64,000 nt of DNA from positions 21,974-85,973 of the forward strand of contig JBHLNT010000001.1 in assembly GCA_048941265.1 (NCBI GenBank). The letters are read 5' to 3'. Made by a program: the position numbers and the translations under genes. Shown here one piece after another: positions 38,762-48,897 of the stretch. Every line of letters begins with the position of its first letter. Position 1 is the stretch's first letter. The notes under the pieces are model-generated. The model made no database searches, was not told the DNA's origin, and worked only from the letters and a program-made list of their open reading frames with translations. The DNA is from Promethearchaeota archaeon (GTDB lineage: Archaea; Asgardarchaeota; Lokiarchaeia; Sigyniarchaeales; SOKP01).

Positions 38762-39250
38762 TTAATACCTTGTTCTTGTTGACTGAATTCGAAGTTTGGC
38801 TTTAGTTTTCTCATCCTTGTCCTGTAAAATAATGTAACTCGTTTTTTGGGGTAGTTTTATTTCAATTTTCTGTTCGGCGATTGTTTGGTCTTTCTTCAAA
38901 TGGTCTTGTTCTCTTAAAATAAGATTTAAATTAACAACTAGCGGTTTTCCTTTTCTAACTGTTTTAAATTCACTCCAAATCGTCATGTCTGCTCGACTTG
39001 TGAATTCTTGATTTCTCTGTAATTTAATTACCCCCTTATGAGGGAATCGAGATTTTAGCATTTTATCACCATCAATCCGTAGATAAAACTCTCCTACTCT
39101 GCCAAGAGAATCATAATCTTTAAGAGTTTTCAGAGACATAAGATCTACACTTATCTGGAATCTTTCTTTTTCTTTTCCGACATTATCTTGGGTAAATGTT
39201 TCTCCTTTTGCATGAGTTTTTTTCCCTTTCACATAAACTCTTCTTGCCAT
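38762..39250 (-). CDS. hypothetical protein
   Basis: 162-aa basic ORF that looks beta-rich. No recognisable motif. Confidence 0.5.
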   Translation of the reverse strand: MARRVYVKGKKTHAKGETFTQDNVGKEKERFQISVDLMSLKTLKDYDSLGRVGEFYLRIDGDKMLKSRFPHKGVIKLQRNQEFTSRADMTIWSEFKTVRKGKPLVVNLNLILREQDHLKKDQTIAEQKIEIKLPQKTSYIILQDKDEKTKAKLRIQSTRTRY

Positions 39251-39394
39251 AAAATATCACTTTATATATTTAATTGTAAAATGACTGAAAGCAAAAATTT
39301 TTTTGATTTTGTAGACATAATCTAAATTTTTCTATAAAAATCTTTCTCATACAAAATATTTAGCAATTTTGTTAAATAATGTTAATATGATGAA

Positions 39395-40162
39395 TTACCC
39401 AATATTTGATTTATCTTTAAAGTGGTATAGTATTGCAAGGTTATTCCATGCGATTTCATATTTCGAATCAATTTTTAAGGCTTGTTTAAATGCAGATATT
39501 GCTTTTTCAGCTTCATCTATATTTTTATATGCTATACCAAGTTTATTCCAAACAGTCTTATTGTTCGGATTAATATTTAACGAGCGTTTGAAGAATTTTA
39601 TAGCATTTAGAAAGTCATTTTTATTGAAATAATAGATACCTATTTTCTTCCATATTTTTCCGTTAATAGTATTTATATTAAATTCCTGCTTTCCCGGATT
39701 TAATGCCTCATATAATTTGTTTATACGTTTAAGATCTAAGCCATAATAATTCCATTCATTAAATAATTCGGATTTAATTATCATAGCGTGTTCATGAGCC
39801 TTGCTTGCTTTATAAAAATCTCCTATTTTAGTATAAACCTCACTGAGATTTGCCCATCCACTCTTGTTATTGGGATCTATCTCAAATATCCTTTTAAAAA
39901 CCTCAATCGCCTTATTGTAATCATGATTATCAAGATAAACCTCCCCTAAAGCATTGAGAATTTTCATGTTTTTGGGATCAATTTGTAATAAATATTTGAA
40001 AATCTCAATGGATTTTTCAAACATTTTCGCGTATTTATACGCTAATCCAAGGTTAAACCAGATTGGCAAATTTTTTGTGCCCATTTTTAATGCATTACTA
40101 ATAACACTAAGTTTAATTTCTGGGTTTTTCTTGTTTTTCTCAGATTTAATTTCAATGGACAT
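39395..40162 (-). CDS. TPR repeat protein
   Basis: Repeated 34-aa units with the W/Y..LG..Y......A...F..AL.I.P.N pattern (e.g. AWNNLAILY, VWNKLGIAYKNIDEAEKAISAFKQALKIDS). Confidence 0.8.
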   Translation of the reverse strand: MSIEIKSEKNKKNPEIKLSVISNALKMGTKNLPIWFNLGLAYKYAKMFEKSIEIFKYLLQIDPKNMKILNALGEVYLDNHDYNKAIEVFKRIFEIDPNNKSGWANLSEVYTKIGDFYKASKAHEHAMIIKSELFNEWNYYGLDLKRINKLYEALNPGKQEFNINTINGKIWKKIGIYYFNKNDFLNAIKFFKRSLNINPNNKTVWNKLGIAYKNIDEAEKAISAFKQALKIDSKYEIAWNNLAILYHFKDKSNIG

Positions 40163-40312
40163 CTCTTACCAATTTTAAAAGATTTTCGAGTTTTTGATAT
40201 TTTTTTAGATTTAACTATTTAAAGACGCATTATTTTGATTAAAAATCAGAAAGATAAATAAGAACCATTCGCAGTTTGACTTTTATATGATAAAACAAAG
40301 AACCGTTAAATC

Positions 40313-41275
40313 TTATTTATAATTTATGATAACTACACCTATTAGCACGATTATTGCCCCGATAATATTCAATAGGAGTATGGTCTCCGTTCTTTGAAAT
40401 AGAAAGGAAAATATTAGTGTAATAAATGGCTCTATATATAAAAATGATGCGACCTTTGATGATTGAAGCTTTTTTTGGGAGTAATTCCAGGTATAATATC
40501 CAAATACAAAGCAAATTAATCCTAAATAAATTCCGCATAGTAAAAGTATAATATTTAGGAAATTAATAAGAAAAATATAAAGCTGATTGCTTATTACAAC
40601 AAAAATGAACAGCTCTAAGCAACCCAAATAGCAAATATATTTTAATATTTTAAAATCTGATTGAATATCATGAAATTTTTCTAAGTGCTTAATAATGGTT
40701 GAATAAGTTGCCCACAATATAGGTGTAAGTAAAATGAATACATATCCAATAAATGATGGTGATGCAGGGGTAAATTTTGATATATCACCTCCCGTAATTA
40801 AGAAATATGAGCCTACTGAGGCCAATAGAAAACCAACAATTTTTAATTTGTTTAATTTTTCTTGAAAAAAAATTAGTGAAAATACCGCAATTATTACTGG
40901 TGAAACAAGGCAATCATATAATGCGGGAATTGAAGGTCCGATTAACTCAACGGCAGAATATAAAAAAAAGAGATAAAGTGAGATTCCTGAAAAACTCGCT
41001 AATACAATTAAAATCCAAAAATTTAACGATGGCATAGAGTCTATTTCCTGAACTTGAATTTGGGGTATCTTGCATTTTTTTCTCAATTTAAGATAGATAT
41101 CTAAAATTAAGAATGATAACGAGGCTACAAATAAACGATATAATGCTACTGATAATGGCGGGATGTATTCAACTGCTATATGAACTATTATAAATGAGAT
41201 ACCCCAAAAGGTAATCATAAGAATTAATAAAACATAAACGAATATAACCTTAAAATTAAAAGAATTAGGATTCAT
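40313..41275 (-). CDS. EamA/DMT-family transporter (tandem paralog 2)
   Basis: Ten hydrophobic helices. Shares the blocks SVALYRLFVASLSFLILDIYLK, FQEKLNKLKIVGF and ASFLYIEPF with the upstream paralog. Confidence 0.75.
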   Translation of the reverse strand: MNPNSFNFKVIFVYVLLILMITFWGISFIIVHIAVEYIPPLSVALYRLFVASLSFLILDIYLKLRKKCKIPQIQVQEIDSMPSLNFWILIVLASFSGISLYLFFLYSAVELIGPSIPALYDCLVSPVIIAVFSLIFFQEKLNKLKIVGFLLASVGSYFLITGGDISKFTPASPSFIGYVFILLTPILWATYSTIIKHLEKFHDIQSDFKILKYICYLGCLELFIFVVISNQLYIFLINFLNIILLLCGIYLGLICFVFGYYTWNYSQKKLQSSKVASFLYIEPFITLIFSFLFQRTETILLLNIIGAIIVLIGVVIINYK

Positions 41276-42200
41276 AATTAATAATTACTACCGCGATTAA
41301 AACGATTATACCTCCTATTATGTTCCAAACTACAATGACTTCACTTCTTTGAAGTATAAAGGAGAAGAATAGAGTTAAGAATGGTTCAACATAGAGAAAT
41401 GAAGCTACCTTAGCGGATTTTAAGTTTTTTTGCGAATATTGCCAAATATAATAACCAATAACATAGCATCCTACACCTAAATAAAGTGCACATAACAAAA
41501 TCAAAATATTAAAGAAATTTGAAATAAAAATGTATAATTCTCCATTAATTATGACTAATATAAATAACTCAATGGTGCCAAGATAAGCAGTATATTTTAA
41601 TAATTTAATGTTAGATTTTTTTCTCGTAATTTTTTTTGTAACTGTGGCATATACAGCCCACAATAATGGAGTTGAAAGAGCCAAAATATAGCCTATGAAG
41701 TTAGGAGATTGCGGAGTGAGATTTTCAATATTTCCCCCCGTAACCAAGAAAAAACCGCCAATTGAGGCAATAATAAAACCAGCTATTTTAAGACTAGTTA
41801 ATTTTTCATTAAAAAAAATTAAAGCTAATAAAGTAATAATAACCGGAGCTAACAAACACACAAATAAGGCTGGTAATGAGGGGCCAATCAAACTTATTGC
41901 AGTGTATTGAGCAAAAAAGAAGAGAGAAATACCAGCAAAGCTAGCTATTACAATTAAAGTCCAATCATTTTCATTGAATTTGACATTATCCTCTTTTTGT
42001 TGTTTATTATTTACTCCTTTTTTTTTATTAATTTTTAAGTAAATATCAATGATTAAAAACGATAATGATGCTACTATGAAGCGGTATAGTGCTATTGATA
42101 ATGGAGGAATGTAATCTAAAGCAATATCCGCGAGGATAAAAGAAAAACCCCAGATAACAATCATTAAAAGTAGTAGAATATAAATCAATAACATCGTCAA
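41265..42200 (-). CDS. EamA/DMT-family transporter (tandem paralog 1)
   Basis: Colinear with 40313-41275 (SIALYRFIVASLSFLIIDIYLK, FNEKLTSLKIAGF, ASFLYVEPF). An 11-nt overlap links the two genes. Confidence 0.75.
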   Translation of the reverse strand: MTMLLIYILLLLMIVIWGFSFILADIALDYIPPLSIALYRFIVASLSFLIIDIYLKINKKKGVNNKQQKEDNVKFNENDWTLIVIASFAGISLFFFAQYTAISLIGPSLPALFVCLLAPVIITLLALIFFNEKLTSLKIAGFIIASIGGFFLVTGGNIENLTPQSPNFIGYILALSTPLLWAVYATVTKKITRKKSNIKLLKYTAYLGTIELFILVIINGELYIFISNFFNILILLCALYLGVGCYVIGYYIWQYSQKNLKSAKVASFLYVEPFLTLFFSFILQRSEVIVVWNIIGGIIVLIAVVIINYES

Positions 42201-42286
42201 TCTTAGAAATTTTTATTAATAGTACATTAATCCAATAAATCAAAATTTAAAATTTAAATGGTTTAATTGTTAATAATAAATTAAAT

Positions 42287-42934
42287 TTGTTAATTATATT
42301 ATCGGAAAGAAATTCGTTGAAAAAGATTGCTTTTTCCTTGAATGTTGGACTCATAGGTTCAAATAAATATGCAAATGTATTTGGAAAAAAAGTATTTATA
42401 GAATCTTTGAAAAAAATTACTATTAAGAGCAAACTGCCAAATGATTCTAAAATTACAAAAGTGGGTCCCGAATTATTAATTATCTTTAAAGAGATTCCGA
42501 TAAAATTGAGAGTATTTTTTGCCGAAAATTTTAATGATTTCATTTATGATTATGAAAAAATAAAAAATTTTGATGTAATCATTCTTTTAATAAATATGCG
42601 TGATTCAAGCTCGCTTAACTCATTAGATAAAGATTCATTTGAAGAATTTAAAGATTATTTCTCCTTTAAGAATGGGATATCTATTTTAGCTGGAATGAAT
42701 TTTACAGAAGATAGTAATACCGAAAAAATCCGCATAAATCGTGATCAACTAATCGAAAAAGCTAAAGAACTAGATGTAATATATGGATATGAAATAACTG
42801 CTGATAAGGAAGAGAATTTTAAATTTTTTAATCGAATTTTAAGTGATTTCATTTTTAAATTTCAATATTCCTCCCCGGAATTATTTGATTTGGCAAAATT
42901 ATATGGTAAAGAACTTATAGAAAAATCCATGTAA
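42287..42934 (+). CDS. hypothetical protein with small-GTPase-like layout but degenerate G motifs
   Basis: NVGLIGSNKYANVFGKK occupies the G1 position, FDVIILLINMRDSSSL resembles the post-switch-II beta strand, and LAGMNFTED sits at the NKxD position. No intact P-loop, DxxG or NKxD motif. Confidence 0.3.
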   Translation: MLIILSERNSLKKIAFSLNVGLIGSNKYANVFGKKVFIESLKKITIKSKLPNDSKITKVGPELLIIFKEIPIKLRVFFAENFNDFIYDYEKIKNFDVIILLINMRDSSSLNSLDKDSFEEFKDYFSFKNGISILAGMNFTEDSNTEKIRINRDQLIEKAKELDVIYGYEITADKEENFKFFNRILSDFIFKFQYSSPELFDLAKLYGKELIEKSM

Positions 42935-43096
42935 AAAAAAAAAGAATTTCTTTTTATCATTTTCAAACAAAGCTTCAAATTTAAAATGAATTTTAAAAAG
43001 TGTATTTTATAAAAGATTTTAAATCCTAAAATCAATTAATACATAAATAGTAAAAAAATAAAATGTATAAAAAAGTTAGGAGTCTGATATTTTAAA

Positions 43097-43291
43097 ATGA
43101 GTGAAGAACCAGAAGGTATCTTGGAGATTGAGAAGACTGAGGGGAGGCGTCGTTGCCCCCGCTGTAATAACGAAAATAAGCTAATGATTCATGAATCCAT
43201 TGATAAGGAAAATATCGTTATGGATTATCCGCGTGTTTACGGAAAGAAATTCAAATGCGGACAATGCGGACAAGAATGGCGTGAAAAATAA
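43097..43291 (+). CDS. small zinc-ribbon protein
   Basis: CPRCNN...CGQCGQ form two CxxC pairs; 64 aa. Confidence 0.5.
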   Translation: MSEEPEGILEIEKTEGRRRCPRCNNENKLMIHESIDKENIVMDYPRVYGKKFKCGQCGQEWREK

Positions 43292-43386
43292 AATATGAAT
43301 AGTCTTTAAAAAATTCCTTTTTTTACCTTACTTTTTTTAATCCATTCCACACTTGAGTTTGTAAATATTTAAAACAAGTGTTAACT

Positions 43387-46107
43387 CTATTGATACTTTT
43401 TCTTAAGATATTTATCAATAGCTTTCGCTGTTCTTTTTCCAGCACCCATGGCAGATATCACAGTAGCACTCCCAGTTACTATATCTCCACCAGCAAATAC
43501 ACCCTCTAGGTTGGACTGACCATTCTCATCAATTTCAATATAACCCCTTTTATTTAATTTTAGATCAGGGATTGTTTTGATGAGAGTTGGATTGGCTCTA
43601 GTTCCAATAGCAATGATAATTGTGTCTGTTTCTATTAGATACTCTGAGCCCTGAATTGATATGGGACGCCTTCTCCCAGATTCATCAGATTCTCCTAACT
43701 CCATCTTAATTACTTCCATAAACCTTACATTAGCATTCTCATCCCCTAAGAACCGTACTGGATTTGTTAAAAATTTGAACTCAATCCCTTCCTCTTTAGT
43801 ATGATGATATTCCTCTTTTCTTGCTGGCATTTCTACTTCGGATCTTCTATAGACGATAACGACTTTCTCCGCACCTAACCTGAGCGCTGTTCTTGCGGAA
43901 TCTAAAGCTACGTTACCTCCTCCTATAACAGTTACTATTTTGCCAATTTTAATTGGTGTATCATAATCAGGAAATCTATAAGCTTTCATTAAATTTGATC
44001 TTGTAAGAAATTCATTTGCCGTTAAAACACCGTTTAAATTTAATCCCTCAACATCCATAAGTATCGGTAATCCTGCACCAACTCCTATAAAAAATGCTTT
44101 AAATCCCATTTCTTTTAAATCCTCAAGATCTAAGGTCTTACCAATAAGAGTATTATATTGAATTTTGACATTTAGCATTTTTAATGTTTCAATTTCATCA
44201 TTTACAATTTCTTTTGGCAATCTAAATTCAGGGATGCCATAGGTGAGCACACCACCTCCAGTATGGAATGCTTCAAAAATGGTAACATCATATCCTTCCA
44301 TCGCTAATGTTCCGGCACATGTTATACCAGCAGGGCCTGAACCAATTACAGCAACTTTAATATCATTAGGGAGTTTACAATCAGGACATTCTTTAAGTCT
44401 ATTAGTTCTTTCCCAATCAGCAATAAATCTCTCCAAATAACCTATAGCTATAGGCTCTCCCAAAGTATTTAATATACAAGTTTGTTCACATTGTATCTCC
44501 TGTGGACATACTCTTCCACAAATCGCAGGTAATAAATTGCGTGATTTAATTTCTCGAAGTGCTTCAAAATATTTCTCTTCTTTTAAAAGATTTATAAATT
44601 TAGGAATTCTAATCTTTACAGGACACCCTTCTACACAAAGAGGTTTACCACATTGTAAACACCTATAGGTTTCTAATTTAACCATCTCTGTAGTTAAACC
44701 CTTAGAAACTTCTTCAAAGTTTGTAATTCTTATATCTGATTCTTGCTCAATCATGTAAGGCCTATGAAGCTTTCTATATTTATTAATTTTCGACTCCGCT
44801 ATTCCACTAAGATTAATAAAATTTTTATTATCCTCCTGCATTTCGCGTGCAATAATCATATTCAGATCTAATGCTTTTTGAAAAAATTCTGCACCCTTTT
44901 CAGTTCGAATTATCACAGTAGACCATCCATTCCCAGATCCAGCAGAGCCAACTGAAATATCGGCTTGTTCAGCTGTAAAATCATCACAATAGAAACAACC
45001 AAATCGACCATATTTTTTAATTCTTTCTATTGGTATATCATAAACTTTGTTATTTTTATTATAGATAATAAATCTCTCTTTAGTGATGTCCATCTTCTTG
45101 ATATCCCCCGGTCTACGTAGAAACTCGTTCTTTAAAAGTTCCACAATTTTCACATAGTCAAACGATTCCATGCAAAAAACTCCGATCTTAATTACAATAT
45201 TGTCATAAAATGATTTATTTAATGGATAGAAAGACATTTTTTTTAGTGCCTCCATTATACAAGGAGTGCCCACCACAGCAATATTCTGGTAATCCTTTAA
45301 ATCATGTAAAATCTTTAAAGTAGGAGAATTTGTATATTTAGTACCCGCAGTTTTTAAAAGATCTTGTTCATTTTCGATAAATACTGGCATAGGTTTTAAT
45401 GGTTCTACTGCAGTTCCAATAGCTAAAGCTCCATTAATCAACTTTTGTTGAAACGCCATTTTTAATAATGATGTGACTACTCCCCCATCTTGAGCAACTC
45501 TTTTTATTTGAGTATTAGTTGTTTGAGCTATGTAGATATTATGATAGTAATTAAATTGTTCCAAATACTTTAAAACTGTAGAGCTGCTTTTTTGAGATCT
45601 TTTTAAAGTCATAGGAAAGAAAGCTCGTGGACAACAAGTATAACATAATCCACAATCAATGCAAGCATCGTAATCAATTTCAAAAGTACTCTCATCATAA
45701 GCTATAGCTTCTATAGGACAGATTGATACACATAATCCACAGCCACAACAAAGATACGTTTCTCTAATTAAGGAAGCATTAGGAAAAATTCTCTTTTTTT
45801 CAAATTCATCAATTTTTTCTTGGAAGAATCTCGGATTTTTACCAACATTTTCTAATAATCCTAATTCTTTTAAATACTCTAAATTATAGATTAAAAATTG
45901 TCTGGATAGATTTAATTCATTTTTAAGATTTTGAATGTCTATAATACCATGTTCCTTGATTTTTTCTAGAATTCTATATCTCTCTTGCTCAGCATCAATT
46001 ACAGATTTAATGAAATTTTCATATTCAATTTCATTATATTTTCCTGCTTTTAGGATTTTATTTTTATTATTTAAAAGTATTTGGATTAAAGGAGTCTGTT
46101 CTTCCAT
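43387..46107 (-). CDS. multidomain oxidoreductase: wHTH-like N-terminus + 2x[4Fe-4S] ferredoxin + FrhB/FdhB-like (F420/flavin-binding) domain + NfnB/GltD-like NAD(P)H-flavin oxidoreductase (copy 2)
   Basis: Ferredoxin region is CCGCGLCVSICP...CIDCGLCYTCCP. FrhB-like region is VAQDGGVVTSLL, VVGTPCIMEALKK and CDDFTAEQADISVGS. GltD/NfnB-like region is RCLQCGKPLCVEGCP...ICGRVCPQEIQCEQTC, VAVIGSGPAGITCA, VIGGGNVALDSARTALRLGA and VFAGGD. Confidence 0.8.
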   Translation of the reverse strand: MEEQTPLIQILLNNKNKILKAGKYNEIEYENFIKSVIDAEQERYRILEKIKEHGIIDIQNLKNELNLSRQFLIYNLEYLKELGLLENVGKNPRFFQEKIDEFEKKRIFPNASLIRETYLCCGCGLCVSICPIEAIAYDESTFEIDYDACIDCGLCYTCCPRAFFPMTLKRSQKSSSTVLKYLEQFNYYHNIYIAQTTNTQIKRVAQDGGVVTSLLKMAFQQKLINGALAIGTAVEPLKPMPVFIENEQDLLKTAGTKYTNSPTLKILHDLKDYQNIAVVGTPCIMEALKKMSFYPLNKSFYDNIVIKIGVFCMESFDYVKIVELLKNEFLRRPGDIKKMDITKERFIIYNKNNKVYDIPIERIKKYGRFGCFYCDDFTAEQADISVGSAGSGNGWSTVIIRTEKGAEFFQKALDLNMIIAREMQEDNKNFINLSGIAESKINKYRKLHRPYMIEQESDIRITNFEEVSKGLTTEMVKLETYRCLQCGKPLCVEGCPVKIRIPKFINLLKEEKYFEALREIKSRNLLPAICGRVCPQEIQCEQTCILNTLGEPIAIGYLERFIADWERTNRLKECPDCKLPNDIKVAVIGSGPAGITCAGTLAMEGYDVTIFEAFHTGGGVLTYGIPEFRLPKEIVNDEIETLKMLNVKIQYNTLIGKTLDLEDLKEMGFKAFFIGVGAGLPILMDVEGLNLNGVLTANEFLTRSNLMKAYRFPDYDTPIKIGKIVTVIGGGNVALDSARTALRLGAEKVVIVYRRSEVEMPARKEEYHHTKEEGIEFKFLTNPVRFLGDENANVRFMEVIKMELGESDESGRRRPISIQGSEYLIETDTIIIAIGTRANPTLIKTIPDLKLNKRGYIEIDENGQSNLEGVFAGGDIVTGSATVISAMGAGKRTAKAIDKYLKKKYQ

Positions 46108-46155
46108 TTTTAGATACCTTAACTTTAATCTAAGATACCTTACTTTTGTACTTTT

Positions 46156-48897
46156 CTAATGTTTTTTGAAATATTTACTCTTTAGATATTTATCAATAGA
46201 TTTCGCAGCCCTTTTTCCAGCTCCCATAGCGGAAATTACAGTAGCACTTCCAGTTACTATGTCTCCCCCCGCAAATACTCCTTCTAAATTAGTTTGACCA
46301 TTCTCATCAATTTCTATGTAACCCCACTTATTTAATTTTAATTCTGGAATCGATTTAGTTAGAATGGGATTGGCTCTGGTTCCAATAGCAACAATGATCG
46401 TGTCGGTTTCTATTAAAAATTCTGAACCTTGAATTGGTACGGGGCGCCTTCTTCCAGATTCATCAGGTTCTCCTAATTCCATTTTAATTACTTCCATAAA
46501 CCTTACATTAGCATTCTCATCACCTAAAAATCTTACTGGATCTGTTAAAAAATTGAATTCAATCCCCTCTTCTTTAGCATGATGATATTCTTCTTTTCTT
46601 GCTGGCATTTCTACTTCTGACCTTCTATAAACGATAATTACTCTATCTGCACCAAGCCTGAGGGCGGTTCTTGCTGAATCCAAAGCTACATTGCCTCCTC
46701 CTATAACAGTAACAGTTTTTCCAATTTTGATGGGAGTATCATAATCAGGAAATTTGTATGCTTTCATCAGATTTGCCCGTGTAAGAAATTCATTTGCCGT
46801 TAATACCCCGTTTAAATTTAATCCATTCACCTTTATAAACATCGGTAATCCTGCACCAACTCCTAAAAAAAATGCTTTAAATCCCATTTCTTTTAAATCC
46901 TCAAGTTCTAAAGTCTTTCCTATTATAGCATTATAGTGAATTTTCACATTTAGCATCTTTAATGTTTCAATTTCATCTTTTACAATTTCTTTTGGTAATC
47001 TAAATTCAGGTATTCCATAGGTGAGTACCCCTCCTCCAGCATGGAATGCTTCAAAAATAGTAACATCATAGCCTTCCATCGCAAGTGATCCAGCGCATGT
47101 TAAACCTGCTGGACCTGAACCAATTATTGCTACCTTTATACCATTGGGAGGTTTACAATCTGGACATTCTTTAAGTTTATTATTTCTTTCCCAGTCAGCA
47201 ATAAATCGTTCTAAATAACCTATAGCAACAGGTTCACCCAAATCGTTTAATAAACATTGTTTTTCACATTGAATTTCTTGAGGGCAAACTCTTCCACAAA
47301 TCGCAGGTAATAGATTTCGTGATTTAATTTCGTGAATAGCTTCTATAAATTTCTCTTCTCTTAAGAGTTTTATAAAGTTAGGGATTCTGATATTTACAGG
47401 ACAGCCAATAATACATTGAGGATTCCCACATTGCAAGCATCTCTGAGTTTCTAATCTTATCATCTCTAAAGTTAAACCTTTAGGAACTTCTTCAAAATTA
47501 GTGGTTCTAATACTTGGCTCTTGTTCAATCATTTTTGGTCTGTGTAGCGTCTTATACATCTTTAACTTAGACTTTGCTATCCTACTTAGAGATTTAAAAC
47601 TTTTACTTTCTTCATCTATTTTCTTATTTATTATCATGTGGGATTCGATTGCTTTTTGAAAAAACTCGGCCCCTTTTTTTGTACGAATAATTACTGTTGA
47701 CCAACCTGGTTCGGAACCAATAGAACCAACCGAAATATCGGCTTGTTCTGATGTTAAATCATCACAGAAGAAACATCCAAATCTAGCATATTTCTTGATT
47801 CTTTTTATGGGAATATCAAACATAGAATCATTATTTTGATATATGATTAATTTTCCCTGATTGATATCCATTTTTCTAATATCTTTTGGAGATTGGTGGA
47901 ACTCATTCTTTAACATTTTAATGATATTCTCATAATCAAATGATTCCATACAAAATAAACCTATTTTAAGAACAATGTTATCATAAAATGGCTTATTATT
48001 GGGATAAAATGTGAGTTTCTTTAGGGCTTCCATTATACATGGAGTTCCTACAACTGCCAATCTTTTAATATTCCTGTATCCGTGAAGGATTTGCAGCATT
48101 GGAGAATTTGTATATTTAGTTCCTGCTGTTTTTAAGAGATCTTCCTCATTTTCAATTAATAAAGACCGTGGTTCCAGTGGTTGATCTCCTAATCCTACAG
48201 CTAGAGCTCCATCTATTAAATTTTGTTGAAAGGCCATTTTAAGCAGTGTAGTAACTATTCCACCATCTTGAGCAACTTTCTTTATACGAGAATCAGTGGT
48301 TTGGGTGGTATAAATTTCTTGAAAGTAATTTATTTGTTCTAAATATTTAATGTTAGGAATATTTTCTTGGGATCTTTTCATTTCCATAGGAAAAAAGGTA
48401 CGTGGACAACACGCATAGCATAGTCCACAATCAATACATATTTTATCATCAATTTCAAAAGTTCCTTTACCGTAACTAATTGCATCAACAGGGCAGACTG
48501 AAACGCATAAACCACAGCCACAACAGAGCTTTTTCTCTCTAATTATTAAAGCGTTAGGGAAGATTTGATTTTTTTTGAATATATCAATTGTCTCTTGAAA
48601 AAATCTTGGTGTTTCGCCAATAAAATTTAAACATCCACATGCCTTTAGATATTCAATGTTGTATAATAGCGTTTTTTCAGATAAATTTAACTCTTTTCTC
48701 AATCTTTCAATATCTAATGTTCCTAATTCTTCAATTTTTTTTAAAATTAAAGTTCTCTCTCTTTCGGCTTGAGATAATGAATTAACTAAGTCGTTGTATT
48801 CCGTTTCATTATATTTTCCAGCATGTAGTATTTTTTCTTTATTATTAATTAACAAATTAATTAAAGCAACTTCTCTTTCCATTTTAAGATGCCTCAC
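46156..48897 (-). CDS. multidomain oxidoreductase: wHTH-ferredoxin-FrhB-NfnB/GltD fusion (copy 1)
   Basis: Same architecture and motifs as 43387-46107. By alignment with the paralog (MEEQTPLIQILL vs MEREVALINLL), the second Met (48882) is the more likely start, leaving 1 nt between it and the upstream stop codon. Confidence 0.8.
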   Translation of the reverse strand: MRHLKMEREVALINLLINNKEKILHAGKYNETEYNDLVNSLSQAERERTLILKKIEELGTLDIERLRKELNLSEKTLLYNIEYLKACGCLNFIGETPRFFQETIDIFKKNQIFPNALIIREKKLCCGCGLCVSVCPVDAISYGKGTFEIDDKICIDCGLCYACCPRTFFPMEMKRSQENIPNIKYLEQINYFQEIYTTQTTDSRIKKVAQDGGIVTTLLKMAFQQNLIDGALAVGLGDQPLEPRSLLIENEEDLLKTAGTKYTNSPMLQILHGYRNIKRLAVVGTPCIMEALKKLTFYPNNKPFYDNIVLKIGLFCMESFDYENIIKMLKNEFHQSPKDIRKMDINQGKLIIYQNNDSMFDIPIKRIKKYARFGCFFCDDLTSEQADISVGSIGSEPGWSTVIIRTKKGAEFFQKAIESHMIINKKIDEESKSFKSLSRIAKSKLKMYKTLHRPKMIEQEPSIRTTNFEEVPKGLTLEMIRLETQRCLQCGNPQCIIGCPVNIRIPNFIKLLREEKFIEAIHEIKSRNLLPAICGRVCPQEIQCEKQCLLNDLGEPVAIGYLERFIADWERNNKLKECPDCKPPNGIKVAIIGSGPAGLTCAGSLAMEGYDVTIFEAFHAGGGVLTYGIPEFRLPKEIVKDEIETLKMLNVKIHYNAIIGKTLELEDLKEMGFKAFFLGVGAGLPMFIKVNGLNLNGVLTANEFLTRANLMKAYKFPDYDTPIKIGKTVTVIGGGNVALDSARTALRLGADRVIIVYRRSEVEMPARKEEYHHAKEEGIEFNFLTDPVRFLGDENANVRFMEVIKMELGEPDESGRRRPVPIQGSEFLIETDTIIVAIGTRANPILTKSIPELKLNKWGYIEIDENGQTNLEGVFAGGDIVTGSATVISAMGAGKRAAKSIDKYLKSKYFKKH

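Larger units (their letters stand above)
43387..48897 (-). repeat. tandem duplication of a ~2.7-kb gene unit
   Basis: The two ORFs are colinear. Long near-identical DNA stretches are visible, e.g. CTTCCATAAACCTTACATTAGCATTCTCATC at ~43.72 kb and ~46.49 kb. Confidence 0.85.

Noticed and set aside
39369-40178. Plus-strand ORFs 39369-39632 and 39954-40178
   Set aside because: They are antisense to the TPR-repeat gene, whose 34-aa repeat pattern is clear.
42247-42543. 98-aa minus-strand ORF overlapping the 5' end of 42287-42934
   Set aside because: It could in principle be real, but it has no motif. It would sit 46 nt from the EamA gene start with no signal, and I favoured the longer plus-strand ORF. 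Confidence in either is low.
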